DNA of 44,420 nt, taken from Octopus bimaculoides (taxonomy: Eukaryota). Under the pieces are notes generated by a model that was not told the DNA's origin, ran no database searches, and worked only from the letters and a program-made list of their open reading frames with translations. Shown piece after piece: positions 38,745 to 44,420 of the stretch (position 1 is its first letter; every line of letters starts with the position of its first letter). Both the position numbers and the translations under genes were made by a program. The DNA is taken from positions 27,728,844 through 27,773,263 of the forward strand of contig NC_069001.1 of NCBI RefSeq assembly GCF_001194135.2. The letters are read 5' to 3'.

Positions 38745-39874
38745 CGACCGCACATACTCTGTGTGTGTTATTTATTCGCTGGTTTGCTGTAGGAGAACGC
38801 GTGGGGCAACACATCATTCATTATGATGAGTGTTAAAACACCTAACGTCAAAGGAATCAATGGACATATTTCTTGGTATAACCTTTGTTCAGTGTTTTAC
38901 CTTATGCTTCTTCCCATGCTATGCACAAATCAGATGTGTTTTTGAACCTCTAATAACGGAGCATAGGTTTTTCGACGCCCACAAGCTCTGGGGACCACTG
39001 TTATTATGTAACCCAGTTGTTATAACATCCAGTTTAATACACAGTTCAAAACCGAATATTAAAATAGGTCATAGAGGACGTATAAACCTGTACACAGTAA
39101 TTAATGTATCCTTTCTATTGACAAATATATGAATGCATATTGTACATATCATGACGTGGTAGACATTCACACACACACACACACACACACTCACAAACAC
39201 ATATATATTATATGAACACATTTAGGCTTACGTTCGACATTTGTATAATTATATTTCAGTTTAAAATAGATGTAATTTACTTTAAATATTATGCATGAAA
39301 TAGGTAATTATTCATTACGAAAATGAAAATGTTGCGCCGTTTAATTGCGGTTGGAACGGCAGGAAACATAGTCGTGCATTGAGTGTAATCATATGAAATA
39401 TAGCAGCGTTCTTCCAGTGAGATCCTGTAATGATTCAAAATATGTTTAGCTTTCACGCAATGGCTTATGTTACAGCATCTTTGTGTGTATGTGTGTGGGT
39501 ACATATACATATATTTATATATATGTATATGTGTATATGTATATGAATATACATATGTGTATATGTATATATTTGTGTATACATACATACAGATATATAT
39601 ATATATATGAGGATAAGATCGATATATAAAAATATCGATCTTATCAAGGGGCCAGCATGGGAATAAAAACCATCAAAGGTAACAACTATTTAAAAATTAT
39701 AATATAAGGTATCTAAGAGACACCACCACGGTGAAAAATTGCCGTCAAATCTTGACTCTAAACCACAATAAATGTTCATATGGCACAAAGAACGTCATCC
39801 TCGCTCTTTGTGCTATATGAATATTAATATATATATATATTGATAGATCGTTGACCAGGGACTATTCAATTTTT

Positions 39875-40017
39875 TGTCTCCGTGTTTTTCTCCTTGTTTT
39901 CAGTGTATTCTTTCTGTTGAAACGTTAAAGACTTTCTGTATTCCAGAGCGTCAAACTAATACATCATTTTGTTGTTTACACCACCTGTCCTCGTCTGTTG
40001 TCTTTTTCGTACATTCT

Positions 40018-40020
<3 letters not shown>
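39875..40020 (+). mobile_element. Penelope-like pLTR fragment with hammerhead stem II deleted
   Basis: TTTCTGTTGAAACGTTAAAGACTTTC...GAGCGTCAAACTAATAC...ACCTGTCCTCGTC aligns to 19965-20090 with a 15-nt deletion. Confidence 0.7.
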
Positions 40021-40063
<43 letters not shown>

Positions 40064-40064
<1 letters not shown>

Positions 40065-40278
40065 GAGGGTGGGGGTTGAAAAGTTCCTGTTTTTCGGTAA
40101 AATAAAATAGTGGGTGATGAATGAATTATGGTTTTGCTCAACATATTTCCCTCTTAGAATCACACATTTTTGCAGCGTTTCTTTAGTTTTTCTATACACT
40201 ATTCAAGGATTCGGAATTATGGGACACCAAGAAAGCCTTTTACGACATCCTACGAGCAGGGAACTTTTCAGCATCGTG
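40064..40278 (-). mobile_element. Internally deleted mariner (MITE-like) with degenerate TIRs and TA flanks
   Basis: Left CGAGGGTGGGGGTTGAAAAGTTCCTG, right CAGGGAACTTTTCAGCATCGTG, TA on both sides; minus strand encodes IEKLKKR/QKCVILRGKYVE. Confidence 0.75.
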
Positions 40279-40300
40279 TATATGTGCATACATACATATA

Positions 40301-40500
40301 TATTGACTCGTTTCACTACGGTAATGCTGGCGCAGCATCTTGAATTTTGTAGACGAATGAATCGACCCCAGGACTTATTCTCTAAGCCTGGTACTATTCA
40401 ATTGCTCTGTTATGCCGGACCAATAGGTTTCGAGGACGTAAACACATCAACATTGGCTGTAAAAAGGATTGTAGGTGGTGAAACACTGACACAAAAACAT
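40301..40500 (-). mobile_element. 3' module of the CORE-like SINE family
   Basis: ATGCTGG...ATCGACCCCAGGACTTATT...AAGCCTGGTACT...GGACGTAAACACATCAACATTGG aligns to 37850-38030. Confidence 0.7.
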
Positions 40501-40539
40501 ATATATATATATAAACATCTGTAAACACCTGTAATCACA

Positions 40540-41356
40540 TTGTATATAGGTGTTGACCAGTGTATGTTTGGAAAAGAGGACAAATAGTTGTTCGTCCGTA
40601 CAAAGAGGGCAGAATTATTTCCCTTTATCATAGGGAAGTGATCTTGATAAAATTTTCCAAGCTAGAGATAATTGTTTATTAAATTCTTTGAGATGCCAAA
40701 TTAGTTTACTAAGACCTGTAGAATAACGTTTATGAATTATTTACATATAGAAAGCTGATCGTGATACGCTGTTTCAATTCCGTAGAAGCAAGTTCAACAT
40801 AAAATAATTCTTTAGCTCCTGCAGTAATTTTATATTGGTAAACAGTGTTTGTAATTCTGCAATTTCCGTTGAGAACACAAGTTTTAATTGAACTAAGATT
40901 ACAAGGATCATTACTATTGATAGTATTATTTAAGGAGAGGTAATCATGATTATTCTTAATGTTATAACAGTTATTAAGTGAAACCTTCTTACCTTTAATA
41001 ATATAATCGTTATGCGAGGATATAATCTGTAGTAGGTTATTGGTGTTGGAGAAGCCAATTCTGATACGGTGGGTGTTGAAAATGCAGTGGTACCTGAAAT
41101 GTTGGGGGAAGTTCCTTTGGGTAGCTTGACGAAATAGGTAGGGAAGGTTACTTTGAACTTGTTTTCCATATGGAACAACCAGCCAGGTATTTTTACTACG
41201 GTTATGCGAATTATATAGAGATTTATTGTTAAAAAAACCTAACGTCTTAATTATTATTATTTTTACAGAACAAGTGTGGGAGCGTATAGTTACTTCCGTT
41301 AGACAGCTTATTTTTATATTTTCAAAGAGATAAGGAGTTATTATCCGGATTATTGT
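40540..41356 (-). mobile_element. Penelope-like element fragment: RT-EN linker plus GIY-YIG endonuclease (possibly Naiad-type), pseudogenised
   Basis: Stop-free frame 41356-40733: RSKNTWLVVPYGKQVQSNLPYLFRQATQRNFPQHFRYHCIFNTHRIRIGFSNTNNLLQIISSHN...PCNLSSIKTCVLNGNCRITNTVYQYKITAGAKELFYVELASTELKQRI; after a frameshift STGLSKLIWHLK...LAWKILSRSLPYDKGK*FCPLCTDEQLF. Confidence 0.85.
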
Positions 41357-41838
41357 CTACGGGAGGAACAATATGAGTATTATTATTATTCTTTTTGGTG
41401 TTGTTGCTGTTGCTGTTATCATTCGTAGCATGATTACTATCATCCACATTATTAGGGTTTGAACCATGATCACATGGTTTTAATACTTAATGTGTTCCTT
41501 ATATCCTGCCTTATATACTAGGAAATCAGCATTATTTACCTCCATTTATCCTTTAATTCTCTTTCTCTTTTTTCCTTTTCTTCTTCTCTCGCCCTCTAAC
41601 ATCAAATTTCTTAACGGTATTTCTTTTAATAATTACTAGCGCACACTATAAAACTTTGCTTTCCATATATGTATGTATGCGTATGTATGTGTGTATGTAT
41701 GTGTATGCATACATATGTATATGCGTGCATGTGTGTATCTATTTTGTATATATATATATATACGTACAAAAATATATATATGCTTATGCATGTATGTATA
41801 TATATATATATATATATATTATTTTATTTAAAAGAGTT

Positions 41839-42036
41839 CCAACTCTGTCTGTGTTTTATGTTTTTTATTTATATTCTTGTAAAAGTTATGTGGGATATAG
41901 AATATGGAATATATAATATAAAAAAAGATGGATGGTACAATGAAATGAAGTATTGAATGTCTTATTGAATATATTTTATATCCCCATAAATTTTACAAGA
42001 ATATAAATAAAAAACATAAAACACAGACAGAGTTGG
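41839..42036. repeat. Near-perfect inverted repeat, ~66-bp arms, 65-bp spacer, abutting a gap
   Basis: 41839-41905 is the reverse complement of 41971-42036, identical over the first ~46 bp. Confidence 0.9.
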
Positions 42037-42742
42037 NNNNNNNNNNNNNNNNNNNNNNNNNNNNNNNNNNNNNNNNNNNNNNNNNNNNNNNNNNNNNNNN
42101 NNNNNNNNNNNNNNNNNNNNNNNNNNNNNNNNNNNNNNNNNNNNNNNNNNNNNNNNNNNNNNNNNNNNNNNNNNNNNNNNNNNNNNNNNNNNNNNNNNNN
42201 NNNNNNNNNNNNNNNNNNNNNNNNNNNNNNNNNNNNNNNNNNNNNNNNNNNNNNNNNNNNNNNNNNNNNNNNNNNNNNNNNNNNNNNNNNNNNNNNNNNN
42301 NNNNNNNNNNNNNNNNNNNNNNNNNNNNNNNNNNNNNNNNNNNNNNNNNNNNNNNNNNNNNNNNNNNNNNNNNNNNNNNNNNNNNNNNNNNNNNNNNNNN
42401 NNNNNNNNNNNNNNNNNNNNNNNNNNNNNNNNNNNNNNNNNNNNNNNNNNNNNNNNNNNNNNNNNNNNNNNNNNNNNNNNNNNNNNNNNNNNNNNNNNNN
42501 NNNNNNNNNNNNNNNNNNNNNNNNNNNNNNNNNNNNNNNNNNNNNNNNNNNNNNNNNNNNNNNNNNNNNNNNNNNNNNNNNNNNNNNNNNNNNNNNNNNN
42601 NNNNNNNNNNNNNNNNNNNNNNNNNNNNNNNNNNNNNNNNNNNNNCTTATTTTTTTTATTTTGATCACCTATCCTTTTGGGATACGATATTCGGGTGCCT
42701 ACGCATAAGTACCATATTCAACCTTGAATCTATATCTAAACC

Positions 42743-42798
<56 letters not shown>

Positions 42799-43479
42799 AT
42801 GTATGCATGCAAGCATGTTTGTATTGAGTCTTCAAACCTTCGCCATTTCAGGGTGAAATTTATTCAGCAAAACCTTTCAATTATAATTGACTTTAAGGGG
42901 AAAGCGATTTCTGACATATATTCTTTGTTCCACGTTTTTCAAATTGTAAATTATTCTTGTAATATTGACTGAGTACCCTATTATTGCAATCGCAGCTGGG
43001 AACATTCTTCCCAGGTTATTGAATGTCTCCATCTCTCCCAGTTCATCGATTATTTAATGGCTGTTTTTTTTTTCAGTTGGGTATGGAGAGCTCTTGGATG
43101 AATTGGATTAATTTAATACATGTTTCGGTGGTGTACACGTAGCCCGTTCTGGATCTATACAATTTACGTAACATTATCAGTTGATAGACGCGAAATACAC
43201 GATACCATTGCCTCTCAAATATTGGCTAATTCATGGCGTGCATATGATTTATGGAAGGGAATTTAATGACAGTACTTCCGGTGGAATGCGATATTGATGC
43301 TATTACCAGCCACATGCAGGGCATAAGAATAATTCCATGTCAGAATTTGAATTACTTTCAACTTTCAATTTTTAGATAATTTGCATTGTAAATGATATTG
43401 CGAATTAACTACAAAATAATCTATAATATAATATCGGATAGCTCACCCATAATTTCTGTCAAAATTACTACATGCATAA

Positions 43480-43684
43480 AACGGTGAGATGGTCGAATCG
43501 TTAGCACACTAGGCAAAATATTTAGCGGCATGGCATCCGTCTTTACGCTCTGAGTTCAAATTCCTATGAGCTCGAATTAGCCTTTCATCATTTCGTAGTC
43601 GATAAAATAAGTACGATTTAAGAACAGGAGTCGATGTAATCGAATTAACCCCTCCCCACGAAACTGCTGGCCATTTGCTAATAT
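43480..43684 (+). mobile_element. Nin/Deu-like tRNA SINE
   Basis: GGTGAGATGGTCGAATCGTTAGC, GAGTTCAAATTCC (B box), GCCTTTCATCATTTCGTAGTCGATAAAATAAGTAC. Confidence 0.82.
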
Positions 43685-43855
43685 CCTTTTCTACTCTATG
43701 CACAAGGCCCAAAATTTTGGGCGAGAGGGGAATCGAATAGATCGACTGCAGTATGCAACTGGTACTTAATTTATCGACTCCAAATGGATGAAAAGCAAAA
43801 TTGAGCTCGGCAGAATTTGAACTCGGAAGGTAAAGCATTTCGCCCGGCGTGCTAA
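43685..43855 (-). mobile_element. Nin/Deu-like tRNA SINE, inverted and tail-to-tail with the previous copy
   Basis: GGTACTTAATTTATCGACTCCAAATGGATGAAAAGCAAAATTGAGCTCGGCAGAATTTGAACTC...GCATTTCGCCCGGCGTGCTAA. Confidence 0.82.
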
Positions 43856-44180
43856 AATACATACAATTTTAAGCTAGTATATAGCTTTTAAGCAACTGAC
43901 CACGAATAGGAAGATCTGCAAATAGATCTCAGATTTGTCTTGGAGAATTTGTTGCAATTGCATCCTCGACAGTTGGTTCAGGGTTTAGTATGTTGGCTAC
44001 AGGGATTTCTGTCAAAGAGACATGGTTAAACAAAGTTGTACATCATCTCCTTCTTTCTCTCATATACCCTTTCTTTCTCTCTCTCTTTCTCCCACTGCTA
44101 CCAATAACACTACTACTTTTAATAAAACATCATCAACTCTCCCTAAATTTCTTTGTCTGTCTTTCTCTCCCTCATTCTTT

Positions 44181-44217
<37 letters not shown>

Positions 44218-44420
44218 TCTCTCTCTCTCCCTCTCTCTATATCCGTGTCTTCACCACCACCCTCACCGTCTCCATACCTGCTATTACTCTTACCCTAGCT
44301 CGAGGAATAGTAGAAGTGTCATTGAACAGTGAGAGTTGGTCAAATTGTGACACATTGACACACAGAAATGAGTTTCCGCATTTATTATATTAGGTGTATA
44401 CATCAATTTTAATATCATAC

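Noticed and set aside
38830-39132. 100-aa ORF with LGITFVQCFTLCFFP, like GPCR TM6
   Set aside because: Lacks proper CWxP and NPxxY motifs, has stops immediately upstream, and no other helices are evident.
40930-41178. Listed 82-aa minus ORF and an apparent 101-bp exon (40993-41093) with good splice sites
   Set aside because: It is an off-frame shadow of the PLE linker/GIY-YIG frame, which explains the sequence far better.
43100-43270. Plus-strand FGGV...VDR...SWRAYDL, like Merlin/IS1595 transposase
   Set aside because: Needs several frameshifts, catalytic residues and the downstream HTN.IE motif are absent, and there are no TIRs.

Overview
AT-rich eukaryotic non-coding DNA with very dense (TA)n/(TG)n/(CT)n/triplet microsatellites and 11 assembly gaps. 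The repeat content resembles an octopod cephalopod genome (inference from remembered repeat families, not a database result). I can support no intact protein-coding gene, tRNA, rRNA or CRISPR array; almost all entries in the ORF track are microsatellite or N-run artefacts. The window is a graveyard of mobile elements: several tRNA-headed SINE families (CORE-like, Nin/Deu-domain-like, others), an RTE-clade LINE RT fragment, mariner remnants, and three distinct Penelope-like (PLE) lineages. These are (i) a 5'-truncated GIY-YIG C-terminus plus pLTR with a hammerhead-ribozyme fold at 19281-20093, with two further pLTR fragments; (ii) a 208-codon ATG-less linker plus GIY-YIG frame at 40733-41356 (minus) that the ORF track misses; and (iii) the top candidate for novelty, a 370-bp TSD-flanked non-coding element at 32973-33342 that joins a Pol III tRNA-like head to a PLE-type minimal hammerhead and has an inverted arm, i.e. 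a putative PLE-parasitic SINE. A decayed, in-frame ~123-codon tandem repeat of an unidentified extracellular-type protein is also visible on the minus strand near 24.7-26.0 kb.
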